Shown: positions 47,868-59,467, counted from the first letter of the stretch. The stretch: 64,000 nucleotides of DNA from Opitutaceae bacterium (GCA_051252375.1 JBPOFY010000001.1:576001-640000); one strand, 5' to 3'. Program-made: numbers and translations. Notes: generated from the sequence alone by a model not told the origin.

Positions 47868-48965
47868 ATGGCTGACAAACCTTTCACATTCATCTGCGGC
47901 GAAGACGACTATCTCGTTTCTGAGAAAGGCAAGGCGTGGTTTGCGGAGCAGACTAAGGACTTGATGGATGATCTCTCGAAGGAGGTGGTCGATGGTCGGT
48001 CCGGAAATATCGCTGAAGTGGAAGAGGCGATTAATCGCTTCACAAGCGCGGTGCAGACACTCTCACTCTTTGGCGAGCGCAAGGTGGTTTGGCTGAAAGA
48101 TGTGAATTTCATGGCCAACAGCCAGACGGGCAATGCCCAAGGCACGCTCGATCTGGTGGAAAACTTGAAAGAGATGCTCGCAGGTTTAGACCCTGCCCAA
48201 GTTGGTGTGTTGATCACCGCACACCCGATTTACAAAGTGCGTAGCTTCTACAAATGGGTGCAGAAGAATGCCGACTTTACACTCATCGACGGCGGCAAAG
48301 ATTCCGCAGCAGGCCTCGCAAATATCATTCAGCAAGAATGCGAACAAGCCGGAGTCGCGATTACACGGGATGCGGTCCAGTTGCTGATCGGAAAGGTCAA
48401 CGGCAACACTCGGCTGATTGTCGCAGAGACGCGTAAGCTAGTCACCTTTGTCGGTTCTGAAGGCGGTCAAATCACGGATCGTCTAGTCACTGACCTTGTG
48501 CCGAACTTTGGCGACGCCGATTTCTTTGAAGCGGCGGATGCCTTTTACTCGCTCAAGCTTGATTGGACGCTCGAAGCGCTGCGTCGCCACTTCTTTACCA
48601 ATAGTGAGTCACGCCCATTGCTTGGCAGTTTGCAGTCGAGGAATCGTCTGCTGATACAGCTCCGTGTTTTATTGGATGCCGGAGCGATACGTCTCGGTGG
48701 ACGTGGTATCTCGAAGTCCGACCTCGAATCGGCTGCACAGGCTTATGGGCATCATTTTGGAGAGGGCGCAGAGAAGAGTAATCTCAACGTCTTTACGCAG
48801 AACCCATGGTATCTTGGGCGATTAGCGGAAACCGCCTCTAAAGTGCCGCTGAAGAAGTTGGTCGATTTCCAAATCGCCTTCACCGAGGCCTTTGAAGCGA
48901 TCATCCAGCGCCCGAACGAACAAGAAGAAGTCTGCCGCGAACTGGCAGTCCGTTGCCTGAGCTGA
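47868..48965 (+). CDS. holA: DNA polymerase III subunit delta
   Basis: ICGEDDYL, TLSLFGERKVV, clamp-loader-like helical C-terminal half. Confidence 0.8.
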   Translation: MADKPFTFICGEDDYLVSEKGKAWFAEQTKDLMDDLSKEVVDGRSGNIAEVEEAINRFTSAVQTLSLFGERKVVWLKDVNFMANSQTGNAQGTLDLVENLKEMLAGLDPAQVGVLITAHPIYKVRSFYKWVQKNADFTLIDGGKDSAAGLANIIQQECEQAGVAITRDAVQLLIGKVNGNTRLIVAETRKLVTFVGSEGGQITDRLVTDLVPNFGDADFFEAADAFYSLKLDWTLEALRRHFFTNSESRPLLGSLQSRNRLLIQLRVLLDAGAIRLGGRGISKSDLESAAQAYGHHFGEGAEKSNLNVFTQNPWYLGRLAETASKVPLKKLVDFQIAFTEAFEAIIQRPNEQEEVCRELAVRCLS

Positions 48966-48971
48966 GGGCGC

Positions 48972-48997
48972 AAAAAAGCCGCCTCGAAAGGCGGCTT
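48972..48997 (-). terminator. Rho-independent terminator of the PEP-CTERM gene
   Basis: AAAAAAGCCGCCT-CGAA-AGGCGGCTT; the U-tract is on the minus strand. Confidence 0.85.
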
Positions 48998-49020
48998 CAA
49001 GGGAAAGTTTAGATGCTCAG

Positions 49021-49686
49021 TTATTTAACACTGCGGCGACGAAGCATGACAAATCCAAGCGCCGAGATGCCTGCGAGTAGGGCGTAAGTGCCTGGCTCGG
49101 GGACAACGGAGATTCCGGTAATTTGAAAATTATCAAAATTTTGTTGAGAACCTCCTGATGCTCCTGATCCAAAGAGTCTGAACGATACAGATTCCCCAGC
49201 AGTGAGAGTTCCTAAGGCAGAAAGGCTGATGCTTGCACTCGTGCGCCATGTAGAGTCATCGGTCAATACCACCGCACTACCGAGACTAGTAAAACTACCA
49301 GCAGTTTCTTTTTGTGAGAACAATGAAGCGCCTTCGAGTCCAGTGGATGTCATTCGATATTCGAAGGTCAGTGTTGCACCAGTAAATTTTAGAGCATCAG
49401 AGGCAAGTGTGGTGTCTAGTGTGAAGCTCAAGTAGTCTCCAGCATCATCCTGAAATCCACCAACTCGTAAGTGGTTTCCTGACGTGCTACCAGATGATGT
49501 CGCGCTGTTGAAGTCAGCAGAAGAGATGTCAGGACCTACGGAAAATATACTGGCACTGATGCCTGTGCTAACGGTTGATGCTGTGGATCCATCTGTTCCA
49601 AAGTCATAAATTACATCTAGTGCCAGTGCTGGAACCGTTGATGTGAAGATTGCTGCAGTGAAGACGAGAATTTGTGAGATTTTCAT
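49021..49686 (-). CDS. PEP-CTERM sorting-domain surface protein, Ser/Thr-rich
   Basis: Signal peptide; C-terminus VPEPGTYALLAGISALGFVMLRRRSVK. Confidence 0.95.
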   Translation of the reverse strand: MKISQILVFTAAIFTSTVPALALDVIYDFGTDGSTASTVSTGISASIFSVGPDISSADFNSATSSGSTSGNHLRVGGFQDDAGDYLSFTLDTTLASDALKFTGATLTFEYRMTSTGLEGASLFSQKETAGSFTSLGSAVVLTDDSTWRTSASISLSALGTLTAGESVSFRLFGSGASGGSQQNFDNFQITGISVVPEPGTYALLAGISALGFVMLRRRSVK

Positions 49687-49718
49687 ATGCGAGTTCGGTT
49701 AATCAGGGCTTCTGAACA

Positions 49719-49734
49719 TGCAGAGTTGATGCCA
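49719..49734 (-). promoter_or_regulatory. Putative sigma-54 (-24/-12) promoter of the PEP-CTERM gene
   Basis: Minus strand reads TGGCATCAACTCTGCA (GG-N10-GC), 32 nt upstream of the ATG. Confidence 0.6.
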
Positions 49735-49833
49735 TATGGCAATACCTTAATCACATTCCCGTAATGTTGCTAACTTACTTCCAAATAGGTTCAGGTCTGT
49801 AGACCTAACCGCCTCTTGGTGCTGCAAATAATC

Positions 49834-50379
49834 TTAGATCAATCCGAGGACCATTTTGCCCTCTTCGGTGATCATATCTTGGTTCCAGGGCGGATCCCAG
49901 ACGATCTCGACTGCGGCTTCGGCGACGCCGGGCACGCTCTCGAGACGCATTTGAGCGTCTTCAGCGATGACCGGGCCCATGCCGCAACCGGGGGCAGTCA
50001 GTGTCATATCCATGCTGACCTTATGGCCACCTTCGGGGCGTTCGGCGCACTCCAAGGAGTAAACGAGGCCCAGATCGACGATGTTGACCGGAATCTCGGG
50101 GTCGAAGACGGTTTTGAGGGCTTCCCAAAGCGCATCTGTCTCGACTGGTTCGTTCGAGATAGCCGCGGCGTCTTTGGCGGCTTGAGTGATTTCCTCGCCT
50201 AGCGCGTCGGCATTGGCACCGCTGATGCGGAACATGCCGTTGTGCGTCATGACGGTGAAGTTGCCGCCGAGGCGGTGCGTGATGGTCACGGTTTCGCCTT
50301 CGGGCAAGCTCATCGGCGTGCCTTGAGGGATGAGTGTGACTTCAACTTCGCGAGTGAGTGTGCGTAAATCGTCGGACAT
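49834..50379 (-). CDS. sufT: Fe-S cluster assembly protein SufT (DUF59)
   Basis: [32 protein letters not shown]. Confidence 0.92.
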   Translation of the reverse strand: MSDDLRTLTREVEVTLIPQGTPMSLPEGETVTITHRLGGNFTVMTHNGMFRISGANADALGEEITQAAKDAAAISNEPVETDALWEALKTVFDPEIPVNIVDLGLVYSLECAERPEGGHKVSMDMTLTAPGCGMGPVIAEDAQMRLESVPGVAEAAVEIVWDPPWNQDMITEEGKMVLGLI

Positions 50380-50385
50380 TGTTAT

Positions 50386-50495
50386 TAATGGCTAATGAAT
50401 AATAGCTAATTGGTAATGGATGCTGGTTAAATGGTAATGGCAAATATTTCGGGATCGGTGTCCTTAGCTATTAGCCATTAACTTTCAGTCATTAA
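50386..50495. repeat. Inverted heptamer-repeat cassette between sufD and sufT
   Basis: TAATGGC TAATGAA TAATAGC TAATTGG TAATGGA (50386-50420), with inverted TTAGCTATTAGCCATTAA (50464-50481). Confidence 0.8.
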
Positions 50496-50505
50496 GCAAA
50501 AGCTT

Positions 50506-51807
50506 TTACTTAATCTTCGCTTCAAATTTGTTGCGAATCAGGGTGCGAAGGTTTTCGGCGAGTTCGTCGCTTTCGACCTTTTCGATGACTTCTTCGAAGA
50601 ATCCGAAGACCATCAACTGCATAGCGACACGTTTTGAAATACCGCGGCTCATCATGTAGAAGAGTTCGTCTTCGTCGACGTTACCTGTAGTCGCTCCGTG
50701 CGAGCACTTCACATCGTTGGCGAGTATCTCTAGACCGGGCAGCGCGTTGGCTTCGGCGGTGGGATCGAGCAACAGGTTGCGATTGGTTTGATACGCATCA
50801 GTTTGCTGCGCGCCTTCAGCGACTTTGATCAAGCCGGAGAAGATGGTGCGACTGTTGTCGAGCAACGCATTCTTGTAGAGCAGGTCGGAAACGGCGTTGC
50901 CGGCGTTGTGGGTCTGGAAGGTGCGTTGGTCAAACTCCTGTGTTTCTTCGGCAACGGTGAGCGAATACATTTTCACATCAGCTCCGGGACCTTCGATACG
51001 TGTTTGGTTTTCGAAGCGGGCACGTTGGGCGCCGATGTTGACGGCGACATTTTTAACCTGCGCATCGCGATCTGCCACGGTGGTGTCGAGCTGGAAGGAA
51101 ACAGTTTTCTCATTCCAGTCCTGCACGATCTTGCGAAAGACGTTGGCACCAGCTCCAGCGTGTATGTTGGAAACGGATACATTGAGCGCTTCGTTTTCTT
51201 CGGTTTCGGAGAAGAAGATATCGACTACGGATGCACTGGCGTTGTCTTCGGCGATCACGAGTGTGTGCGGGAAGACGGCGGCGCGGGCACCGCTGGTCCA
51301 ATAATAGTTTACAAACGGTTGCTCGACTTCGACACCCTTCGGCACGAAGAGGACGGAGCCGGCGCAAACGATGGATGCGTGTAACCCGAAGAATTTTTCA
51401 GAGCCGAGCTCGGTGGACTCTTTGAGAAAATACTTCTCCATGAGTTCCGGGTGTTGGGCAACTGCTTCGTTGATTGGCAGATAAATCACACCTTTTGCGG
51501 CGAGTTCTGCACTGATGCCTTCGAAGCTGGCTTGTGCGTCGTCGACGTAGACGCTACGACCAGCGCGTTCGGAAACGAGGCCAGAGCGTTCGACGAGTTC
51601 TGCGAGCTTATCAGCTGAAGGTGCCTCGACTGGGTTGAAGCCTTCGATGCTGAGGCGTCCGACCGAGGCGAAGCGCCACATTTCGTCGCGAGCGGTTGGC
51701 ATGGCGAGCGCATTAAATTGCTCGATGCCAGCTGCGCGACGTTCGGCTAGCCATGTAGGTTCGTTAGTTATGCTTGTGGGCATGGGTTGTTCTAAAGTTG
51801 TTGTCAT
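50506..51807 (-). CDS. sufD: Fe-S cluster assembly protein SufD
   Basis: [43 protein letters not shown]. Confidence 0.95.
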   Translation of the reverse strand: MTTTLEQPMPTSITNEPTWLAERRAAGIEQFNALAMPTARDEMWRFASVGRLSIEGFNPVEAPSADKLAELVERSGLVSERAGRSVYVDDAQASFEGISAELAAKGVIYLPINEAVAQHPELMEKYFLKESTELGSEKFFGLHASIVCAGSVLFVPKGVEVEQPFVNYYWTSGARAAVFPHTLVIAEDNASASVVDIFFSETEENEALNVSVSNIHAGAGANVFRKIVQDWNEKTVSFQLDTTVADRDAQVKNVAVNIGAQRARFENQTRIEGPGADVKMYSLTVAEETQEFDQRTFQTHNAGNAVSDLLYKNALLDNSRTIFSGLIKVAEGAQQTDAYQTNRNLLLDPTAEANALPGLEILANDVKCSHGATTGNVDEDELFYMMSRGISKRVAMQLMVFGFFEEVIEKVESDELAENLRTLIRNKFEAKIK

Positions 51808-51813
51808 TTCTAA

Positions 51814-51848
51814 AGGAGTTAGAAGTCAGGAGATAGAAGTTAGGAGTT
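51814..51848. repeat. Heptamer tandem array between sufB and sufD
   Basis: AGGAGTT AGAAGTC AGGAGAT AGAAGTT AGGAGTT. Confidence 0.85.
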
Positions 51849-51853
51849 CGGGC

Positions 51854-53272
51854 TTACCCGACGCTGCCTTCCATTTCCATGTCGATGAGGCGCTTGAGCT
51901 CGACGGAGTATTCCATGGGGAAAGCCTTCATCAGCTCGTTGACGAAGCCGTTCACTGCGAGGCTCATTGCTTCACCTTCGGAGAGACCGCGTTGCATCAT
52001 GTAGAAGATCTGCTCGGCGCTGACTTTGGAAACACTGGCTTCGTGTTGCACGGTGTTGTTTTCGCCGCGTGTAGTGATCGCGGGATAGGTGTCGGTCCGG
52101 CTGTTGGTGTTGATCAACAGAGCATCGCACTCGGTATTGTTCTTACAATTTTTGAGGTGCTTCGGCATGTGGACTTGACCGCGATAAGTGGAGCGTCCTT
52201 TACCGATGGAGATCGACTTGGAGATGATGTTACTCGTGGTGTTGTCCGCGAGGTGGATCATTTTTGCGCCGGTGTCTTGGTGCTGACCGTCGTTGGCGAG
52301 TGCGATAGAGAGCACTTCGCCGCGGGCGCCTTTGCCCTTAAGGACAACGCCTGGATACTTCATTGTGAGGCGTGAACCGATGTTGCAATCGATCCATTTC
52401 ACTTCGGCCCCTTCGTCGGCCATGCCACGCTTAGTCACGAGGTTGAAGACGTTGGAAGACCAGTTTTGAACGGTGATGTATTGGATCTTGGCGTTTTTAA
52501 GCGCGACAAGCTCAACCACGGCACTGTGGAGTGTGGCGGTTTCAAACTTTGGCGCGGTGCAGCCTTCCATGTAGGTGATCTCGGAGTCCTCGTCGGCGAT
52601 GATAAGTGTGCGCTCAAACTGACCGAAGTTTTCCGCGTTGATACGGAAGTAAGCTTGTAGTGGTTGCTTGAGCTTCACGCCCTTAGGCACGTAGATGAAA
52701 CTACCGCCGGAGAAAGTGGCACTGTTGAGAGCGGAGAACTTATTGTCTGCAGTCGGGATGACTTTGCCGAAGTAAGGGCGGAAAATTTCCGGATACTTGA
52801 GGAGGCCTTCTGTGGAACCGACGAAGATGACACCTTCTTTTTCCAAGTCTTCCTTCATGCGTGAGTAGGAAGCCTCGGAGTCGAATTGTGCTTCGACACC
52901 TGCGAGGAACTTACGCTCTTGCTCGGGGATGCCGAGGCGCTCGAAAGTTTCTTTCACGTCGTCAGGCACATCGTCCCAAGAGCGAGCAGGCACTTGTCCC
53001 TTGGAGAGATAGTAGCGAATTTCGTCGAAGTGGATATTCTCCAGATCCTTGTCGGCCCAATTGGTCGGCATGGGTTTCTTCTTAAAGATTTCGAGTGCCT
53101 TGAGGCGGAAGTCGAGGATCCATGGATCTTCGTTTTTCACCTTGGAGATGTATTTAACGGTCTCTTCGGTGAGGCCGACGCCAGCGTCGAACTCGTAGTT
53201 TTCGGGATATTTGAAGTTCCCTTTCTCGGTATCGACGTTGATTGCTTCGTCTTGGATGTCTGTATCTGACAT
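51854..53272 (-). CDS. sufB: Fe-S cluster assembly protein SufB
   Basis: [46 protein letters not shown]. Confidence 0.97.
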   Translation of the reverse strand: MSDTDIQDEAINVDTEKGNFKYPENYEFDAGVGLTEETVKYISKVKNEDPWILDFRLKALEIFKKKPMPTNWADKDLENIHFDEIRYYLSKGQVPARSWDDVPDDVKETFERLGIPEQERKFLAGVEAQFDSEASYSRMKEDLEKEGVIFVGSTEGLLKYPEIFRPYFGKVIPTADNKFSALNSATFSGGSFIYVPKGVKLKQPLQAYFRINAENFGQFERTLIIADEDSEITYMEGCTAPKFETATLHSAVVELVALKNAKIQYITVQNWSSNVFNLVTKRGMADEGAEVKWIDCNIGSRLTMKYPGVVLKGKGARGEVLSIALANDGQHQDTGAKMIHLADNTTSNIISKSISIGKGRSTYRGQVHMPKHLKNCKNNTECDALLINTNSRTDTYPAITTRGENNTVQHEASVSKVSAEQIFYMMQRGLSEGEAMSLAVNGFVNELMKAFPMEYSVELKRLIDMEMEGSVG

Positions 53273-53314
53273 AATTTTAAATGGCTAATGGATGAGGACT
53301 ATCGGCTGAGTCGG

Positions 53315-54079
53315 TTACGCAGTTGCGCTGGTGAATTCTTCTTTGACCCAGTCGTAGCCTTTGGTTTCGAGTTCCTTGGCGAGCTCGGCGTCGCCGCTGT
53401 GGACGATGCGGCCGTCGAACATGACGTGCACAACGTCGGGCACGATGTAATCGAGCAAGCGCTGGTAGTGAGTGATTACGAGGAAACCACGTTCTTCGGA
53501 ACGCATGAGATTCACGCCTTCGGAAACAATGCGAAGTGCATCGATATCGAGGCCGGAGTCAGTTTCATCCATGATGCAATACATTGGATTGAGCATGGAC
53601 ATCTGTAGGATTTCGCAGCGCTTTTTCTCGCCGCCGGAGAAGCCTTCGTTGAGCGAGCGAGCGGTGAACTTGCGGTCCATCTTGAGCGCGTCCATTTTGG
53701 CGTAGAGCTCTTTGTAGTATTCGACGGCGTTGACGTCTTCGCCTTCGGGGAGGCGTGCTTGGCGAGCGGCGCGGATGAAATTGGCGATAGAGACGCCGGG
53801 GATTTCCAAAGGATATTGGAAGGCGAGGAAGAGGCCTGCCTTGGCGATCGTATCGGGTTCTTCACCGAGGATGTTGACACCGTCGAGTAGGACTTCACCG
53901 CTTTCGATTGTGTAGTCTTCGTGGCCGGCGATGACTTTAGCCAGTGTGCTCTTGCCGGTGCCATTCGGGCCCATGAGTGCGTGCACTTCGCCCTTTGGAA
54001 TGGTCAGGTTGAAGTCTTTAAGGATGGCTTGGCCATCGATGGAGACATTGAGATTTTTGATTTCGAGCGTGTTGTTCAT
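53315..54079 (-). CDS. sufC: Fe-S cluster assembly ATPase SufC
   Basis: [38 protein letters not shown]. Confidence 0.97.
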   Translation of the reverse strand: MNNTLEIKNLNVSIDGQAILKDFNLTIPKGEVHALMGPNGTGKSTLAKVIAGHEDYTIESGEVLLDGVNILGEEPDTIAKAGLFLAFQYPLEIPGVSIANFIRAARQARLPEGEDVNAVEYYKELYAKMDALKMDRKFTARSLNEGFSGGEKKRCEILQMSMLNPMYCIMDETDSGLDIDALRIVSEGVNLMRSEERGFLVITHYQRLLDYIVPDVVHVMFDGRIVHSGDAELAKELETKGYDWVKEEFTSATA

Positions 54080-54090
54080 GATACGTTGCT

Positions 54091-54186
54091 GGATACGAGA
54101 TCTTGGATTCGTGGTCCGGTTTTTAAGTTTAAGTTTTGAGTTTAGGTTTAAATTGAGAGTTTAATTTCAGCTTTTCAGCGTTTAAG
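54091..54186. repeat. Mixed heptamer/hexamer low-complexity arrays between the regulator and sufC
   Basis: GGATACG AGATCTT GGATTCG TGGTCCG, then TTTAAG-type hexamers and TTTCAGC units. Confidence 0.6.
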
Positions 54187-54618
54187 TCAGTCGTGGCAGC
54201 AGTTGCATTTGCCATCGTAAGCGATGTCGATATGGCTGGCGGAGAAACCTTCGGGGAGGACTGCCATTAAGTGGTCGATGAGCTCATCGGGAAGTTCGAT
54301 ATCGACGATTTCACCGCTTTCGCGGCAATAGAAGTGAGCGTGCTTCGTTAGGTTGGGGCAGTAGCGGGTCGGTTCACGCTCGAAATTGACTTGGCGGATG
54401 AGGCTGGTTTCGACGAGCGTTTCTAGGCAGTTGTAAACCGTTGCTAATGAGATGGATGGCATGCCTTCGCGGGCGCGGGCATAGACTTCGTCGGCAGTCG
54501 GATGGTCGCGCTTCTCCAGTAGAACGGAGAAGATATGTTCGCGCTGCTTGGTCGAGCGCTGGCCGCTGTGCTCGAGGGCTTCATCGAGACGGGCTTTATA
54601 TTCAGGTGCGAGATTCAT
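54187..54618 (-). CDS. Fur-family (PerR-like) transcriptional repressor heading the suf operon
   Basis: [35 protein letters not shown]; start at ATG 54618. Confidence 0.9.
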   Translation of the reverse strand: MNLAPEYKARLDEALEHSGQRSTKQREHIFSVLLEKRDHPTADEVYARAREGMPSISLATVYNCLETLVETSLIRQVNFEREPTRYCPNLTKHAHFYCRESGEIVDIELPDELIDHLMAVLPEGFSASHIDIAYDGKCNCCHD

Positions 54619-54643
54619 GAGTGATTTGTAGTCGGTGTAGTAT

Positions 54644-54658
54644 TTAGAATAATTCCAA
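54644..54658. promoter_or_regulatory. Per-box-like 7-1-7 operator (proximal)
   Basis: TTAGAAT-A-ATTCCAA. Confidence 0.7.
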
Positions 54659-54720
54659 GTATCATTAATAATGAGACTGAGTAGCAATAAAGCCCGAATT
54701 GAAGGTTTATCAAGCAATAA

Positions 54721-54735
54721 TTAGAATAATTCTAA
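54721..54735. promoter_or_regulatory. Per-box-like 7-1-7 operator (distal, perfect palindrome)
   Basis: TTAGAAT-A-ATTCTAA; compare the Bacillus Per box TTATAATNATTATAA. Confidence 0.75.
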
Positions 54736-54844
54736 AAATGTGCTCTATTGCGTATTCTGTCGGTGCTAGGGCGCGGCACGCCTGCATTTCCTGGGTGAGC
54801 TTTGGCTTGTCTCGTCGTCGGCACATCCGCATTTTCGCTCTCAT

Positions 54845-55585
54845 ATGCCGCGCTACCGCTCATTTTTATTTCCAGATTCCACTGTGGGCGAAGGTTTTGT
54901 CGTGCTAGACCCTCGGGAGAGTCATCATCTAGTGCGTGTTTTTCGGGCACGTGTGGGTGAGACCATTGAGGTATTGGATGGTGCGGGAAAGCGCTATATT
55001 GGGCGCATTGAAGTGGCAGATGCCAAGGCTGCTCGAATAGCTGTGGAGTTGGTTCAGGAATCACCTCGTCGGGGCGCAGAAGTGACTTTGCTGCAATCGA
55101 TGCCTAAAGGTAAAACGATGGATTTGGTCTTACGTATGGCGACTGAGATCGGCGCGTCAGTCATCCAACCGGTTTTTACGGACCAAGGCGATGTGCAGAT
55201 TAAGGGTGAGCGCTTACTTTCGAAAGTTGAAAAATGGCGCGTGACGATGATTGAGGCCTGCAAGCAATGTGGCCTGAGTCATTTGCCGCGCTTGGAGATG
55301 CCCGAACATTTATCGGTGTGGCTGGAGCAGAATCCTTCCGCAGAGCATTCGCTGAGAATTGTCGCTAGCTTAGAGGAAGGGAGTCGTCCGCTTGCGGACG
55401 TGCTCAGTGACGCGACGGACATAGAGTCGATCGTCGTTGCAGTCGGACCCGAGGGCGATTTCACAACAGAGGAGTATAGTCGCTTACGCGCGTGTGGATT
55501 TCAACCCGTTCGGCTCGGAGCCAATGTGCTTCGGTCTGAAACGGCTGCGGCATACATCCTCAGTGTAGTCGATCAATTGAGATGA
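54845..55585 (+). CDS. rsmE: 16S rRNA m3U1498 methyltransferase
   Basis: [39 protein letters not shown]. Confidence 0.93.
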   Translation: MPRYRSFLFPDSTVGEGFVVLDPRESHHLVRVFRARVGETIEVLDGAGKRYIGRIEVADAKAARIAVELVQESPRRGAEVTLLQSMPKGKTMDLVLRMATEIGASVIQPVFTDQGDVQIKGERLLSKVEKWRVTMIEACKQCGLSHLPRLEMPEHLSVWLEQNPSAEHSLRIVASLEEGSRPLADVLSDATDIESIVVAVGPEGDFTTEEYSRLRACGFQPVRLGANVLRSETAAAYILSVVDQLR

Positions 55586-55621
55586 TCTGCTGAGCTACGA
55601 AATCATTCGCAGGTGTAGCGC

Positions 55622-56836
55622 TTAGCTGACTTCAAAGCCAACGATCGAAATGTCATCCTGTTGGTCGGGAGATTGCGTATATTCGCCGACGATGTCGTAT
55701 ATAATTTCCAGCGTTTCTTGGGTGGGAAGGTTCGAGTGCTCGGTGAAGCAATCAATCAGGCGCTTCATGCCGAATTCCTCTTCAGCAGGATCTGAGGCTT
55801 CGACGATGCCATCAGTAAATGCGTAAAAACGATCACCTAAGTGTAAGTCGATGGCTTTTGAGTTGGATGCTCCGGTGCCAGGGAAGCCCATGACGGTGCC
55901 GTCGGGGAGTTCCACGAGCTCGATTTGCTGAGTTGCCTTACGATAGACGAGCACCTGACGATGACCAGCGTGGGAGAGAATTAATTTGCGACTGCCATCG
56001 TGCTGACGAGCGCCAAAATGCCCGGCCAGACCAGTGATGAAGCCTTTGTTGATACGACCAGTGACTTCCTCATTCACAGTGTTGAGGAATGCTTGTGGGT
56101 TGTCGTTATAAACTTCGGCTTGATGCGCTGTCAGGTATTTAAGCAAGACTGTATAAAACGCGGCGGTGACACCATGTCCGCAGACGTCGCCCATAAAAAA
56201 GAGTAGGCAATTACTTGGGTTGCGAGGGAAGCTGATCATATCGCCTCCGACTGAAGTCATCGGCTTCCATAGATATGCGATATCGATGTGTTTGATGTGG
56301 GGCACTCGGCCAGGAATCATCACGCTTTGCACCTTTTTCGCGCTCTCGTAGTCGGAGCGCATGATTTGGTTTTGCTCGCGAAGGCGTTGTTCACTCTCAG
56401 CGAGTTTTTCTTGAGCATGTTTTTCGGCAGTCACATCGCGGGAAATACCCATGATGCCGACAAGCTTACCAGATTGTAAATAAAGTGGTGCTTTTGATGA
56501 AGATACCCAAGTGACGGAACCGTCCTCCCAGGTTTCTTTCTCGATGAGGTTTATTAGAGGATTTCCTGTGCGGAGGATTTCCTGTTCGTCATCGAAGGCT
56601 TGTTGGGCGTGTTCAATCGAAAAAAGGTCAAAGTCGCTCATGCCTTCTAGGTCGTGGCGATTGTTTAAACCGTGAAGTTCGGCGAGTGTCTGACTGGCTG
56701 CCACGAAACGGCTTTTGCGGTCTTTGATGTAGATGCGGTCAGCTGTTTGTTCCATTAGCGACTCAAATAGACGCTTGGCGGAGGCCTTAATTAGGAGACT
56801 GCTATCGTCATCCTCTTTGTTTGTGGGCGAACTCAT
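55622..56836 (-). CDS. PAS-domain PP2C/SpoIIE (RsbU-like) protein phosphatase
   Basis: PAS ([30 protein letters not shown]) plus VGGD, GDVCGHG, FTDGIVE, DDISIV. Confidence 0.92.
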   Translation of the reverse strand: MSSPTNKEDDDSSLLIKASAKRLFESLMEQTADRIYIKDRKSRFVAASQTLAELHGLNNRHDLEGMSDFDLFSIEHAQQAFDDEQEILRTGNPLINLIEKETWEDGSVTWVSSSKAPLYLQSGKLVGIMGISRDVTAEKHAQEKLAESEQRLREQNQIMRSDYESAKKVQSVMIPGRVPHIKHIDIAYLWKPMTSVGGDMISFPRNPSNCLLFFMGDVCGHGVTAAFYTVLLKYLTAHQAEVYNDNPQAFLNTVNEEVTGRINKGFITGLAGHFGARQHDGSRKLILSHAGHRQVLVYRKATQQIELVELPDGTVMGFPGTGASNSKAIDLHLGDRFYAFTDGIVEASDPAEEEFGMKRLIDCFTEHSNLPTQETLEIIYDIVGEYTQSPDQQDDISIVGFEVS

Positions 56837-56945
56837 CTTATCGGTATTGAGTAGAGAGATTTGGACTTAGGCAATATCACAAGCGATGTTTTCAGCATAA
56901 AAACGTCTGGCTTTTTTTCTGACATGTCGTCCACTGCATTACAAT

Positions 56946-57410
56946 ATGCGAGCTGTAATTCAGAGAGTGTGTCGTGCGTCGGTCTCGGTCGGTGATGAAG
57001 TGGTGGGGACGATAGATTGTCCTGCCGGTGGTGTGCTGGTTTTTCTCGGCGTAGGGCAATCGGATTGCGTCGAGGATATTGCATGGCTAGTCAGCCGAAT
57101 AGTGAAGCTACGGATATTTGAGGATACTGAGGGTCGTATGAATCGCTCACTGTTGGATGTTGATGGTGGGGCGATGGTGATCAGCCAGTTCACTTTATTT
57201 GGTAATCTCAAGAAGGGGAACCGACCGTCATTTAATCGTGCAGCCCTGCCGGGTCAGGCGGTGCCACTTTACGAAAAGTTTGTCGAGGAGCTGTCGCAGT
57301 CGCTGGGTAAGCCTGTGGCAACTGGCCGATTTGGTGAGGATATGCGGATTGATGCGGCTAACGATGGTCCAGTCACTCTAATCGTGGATACGAAGGAACG
57401 GGATTTCTGA
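56946..57410 (+). CDS. dtd: D-aminoacyl-tRNA deacylase
   Basis: [32 protein letters not shown]. Confidence 0.96.
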   Translation: MRAVIQRVCRASVSVGDEVVGTIDCPAGGVLVFLGVGQSDCVEDIAWLVSRIVKLRIFEDTEGRMNRSLLDVDGGAMVISQFTLFGNLKKGNRPSFNRAALPGQAVPLYEKFVEELSQSLGKPVATGRFGEDMRIDAANDGPVTLIVDTKERDF

Positions 57411-57521
57411 TGGAACGAAGAGATTTATCGGCACACTAAAAATACCATGGTTTAGTGGAATAAATTTCTATTCTATGTTTCCTATACCCTGTAAAGACAC
57501 ATCAATCCACCTACAATAATT

Positions 57522-57977
57522 ATGAAAATATTCAAAGCGCTATCTCTCATTTCACTCTTATCTATTGCATTCGTTGCGTCGGCTTTTGCGGGCGGTGATG
57601 CGTGGATGACCGATTTTGAAGCGGCAAAAGCAAAAGCAAAAGCCGAAAACAAACCGATGCTTCTCGATTTTACCGGTTCTGACTGGTGTGGTTGGTGCAT
57701 CAAGCTGGATAGAGAAGTCTTCAGCCAAGACGCGTTTAAAGAGTATGCTAACGCCTCACTCGTGTTGGTGGAACTCGACTTCCCGAGTAAAAAAATCAAG
57801 CAGTCCGAGGAATTGGTGAAGCAGAATAAGGCCTTAGCTGAGAAGTATGGCATTCGCGGCTATCCCACGATTTTGATTCTTTCGCCTGAGGGTAAGTTGG
57901 TAGAAAAGACCGGCTATCAGCGCGGTGGTGCTGAAGTATATGTCGAGCACATCAAAGAGATCGTCGGTAAGATCTAG
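57522..57977 (+). CDS. Exported thioredoxin-fold protein (DsbH-like)
   Basis: Signal peptide; [17 protein letters not shown]. Confidence 0.88.
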   Translation: MKIFKALSLISLLSIAFVASAFAGGDAWMTDFEAAKAKAKAENKPMLLDFTGSDWCGWCIKLDREVFSQDAFKEYANASLVLVELDFPSKKIKQSEELVKQNKALAEKYGIRGYPTILILSPEGKLVEKTGYQRGGAEVYVEHIKEIVGKI

Positions 57978-59467
57978 TTAGTCGCCCAATCTTTGGAACG
58001 CTCTAAGGCCTTTTTCCATCGGCTTTGCTGGGCTGCCGCCGCATCGGCTGAGATCTCAGGCTCGAAGATGCGGTCGGTTTTCCAATGTGAAGCCATCTCA
58101 GTGGCGTCTTTCCAGAAACCTGTGCTTAAACCTGCGAGATAGGCCGCACCAAGCGCGGTGGTCTCAGTGACTTGAGGCCGGACCACTGGCACCTGCATGA
58201 GATCGGCTTGGAACTGCATAAGGAAGTTGTTGTTAGCGGCACCGCCATCCACTCGTAGTTCATCGATGCTACTAGTGTAGTCTTCGTTGATTGCGTGTAG
58301 GAGGTCGGCGGATTGGAAGGCGATCGATTCCAGCGCGGCACGAGTGATGTGGGCTGCTGAGGTGCCGCGGGTGATGCCGCAGAGTGTGCCGCGAGCATGT
58401 GGGTCCCAATGTGGGGCGCCGAGCCCTGTGAAAGCGGGCACGAGGTAAACGCCACCGTTGTCTTTGACAGAAGTTGCGAGTGCTTCGCTGTCTGAAGAAC
58501 GCTTAATAATGCCCAGTCCATCTCGCAGCCACTGAATGACAGCTCCGCCGGTGAAGACACTGCCTTCGATCGCGTAGCCCAATGTATTGTCGGTGTTGCA
58601 GGTGAGTGTGGTGAGCAAATTGTGCTGAGAGTGCACAATGCCTTTTTCAGTAGGACGTAATAGAAAGCAGCCGGTGCCGTAAGTGTTTTTGGCTTTGCTG
58701 GCATCGATACAGTTTTGTCCGAATAGTGCGGCTTGCTGATCACCCGCCATGCCTGCAATGGGTAGCCCTCGTAGCCCCTCTACTTGGCATTCGCCGAAGA
58801 GGCTGCTGGAAGGTTGCACAGTGGGGAGCAAAGACTCGGGGATATTTAGCAGGCGAAGGATGTCCACGTCCCAACAGCCTTCTTGGATGTTGAAGAGTAA
58901 TGTGCGACTGGCGTTGGTGACATCGGTTGCGTGGACTTGTCCGCCACTTAGGTTCCAGAGTATCCAACTGTCGATGGTGCCGAAGGCGAGCTCGCCGCGT
59001 TCAGCGCGGGCCCGTGCTTCGGGCACGTTGTCGAGTAGCCAATTAAGTTTCGTGCCGGAGAAATAGGGGTCGATGCGTAGTCCGGTCTTCTCTTGAATCG
59101 CTTGCGCGTGTCCCGCCTCATTTAATTCATGGCAGAACTTTGCAGTGCGGCGATCTTGCCAGACGATGGCCGGATGCAAAGGGGCGCCGGTTTGGCGGTC
59201 CCATAGCACGGTGGTTTCCCGCTGATTAGTGATTCCGATCGCTGCAACATCGGCAGCAGAAATGCCATTGGATTGCAACACTTCGAGCGCAACGGCTAGT
59301 TGGCTGTTCCAAATCTCAGTGGCGTCGTGCTCGACCCATCCATCTCGAGGAAAGTGTTGTTGGAATTCCTGCTGTGCGACTGCCACCAGTTCTCCTGGGT
59401 GGTTGAATAATATTGCTCGTGAACTTGTCGTGCCCTGATCCAAGGCAAGTATATAGTCGCGGGGCAT
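57974..59467 (-). CDS. glpK: Glycerol kinase
   Basis: [53 protein letters not shown]. Confidence 0.97.
   Translation of the reverse strand: MPRDYILALDQGTTSSRAILFNHPGELVAVAQQEFQQHFPRDGWVEHDATEIWNSQLAVALEVLQSNGISAADVAAIGITNQRETTVLWDRQTGAPLHPAIVWQDRRTAKFCHELNEAGHAQAIQEKTGLRIDPYFSGTKLNWLLDNVPEARARAERGELAFGTIDSWILWNLSGGQVHATDVTNASRTLLFNIQEGCWDVDILRLLNIPESLLPTVQPSSSLFGECQVEGLRGLPIAGMAGDQQAALFGQNCIDASKAKNTYGTGCFLLRPTEKGIVHSQHNLLTTLTCNTDNTLGYAIEGSVFTGGAVIQWLRDGLGIIKRSSDSEALATSVKDNGGVYLVPAFTGLGAPHWDPHARGTLCGITRGTSAAHITRAALESIAFQSADLLHAINEDYTSSIDELRVDGGAANNNFLMQFQADLMQVPVVRPQVTETTALGAAYLAGLSTGFWKDATEMASHWKTDRIFEPEISADAAAAQQSRWKKALERSKDWATN

Noticed and set aside
54670..54688. Additional Fur box AATGAGACTGAGTAGCAAT
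   Set aside because: Only 6 of 9 positions are palindromic in an AT-rich region; cannot be distinguished from chance.
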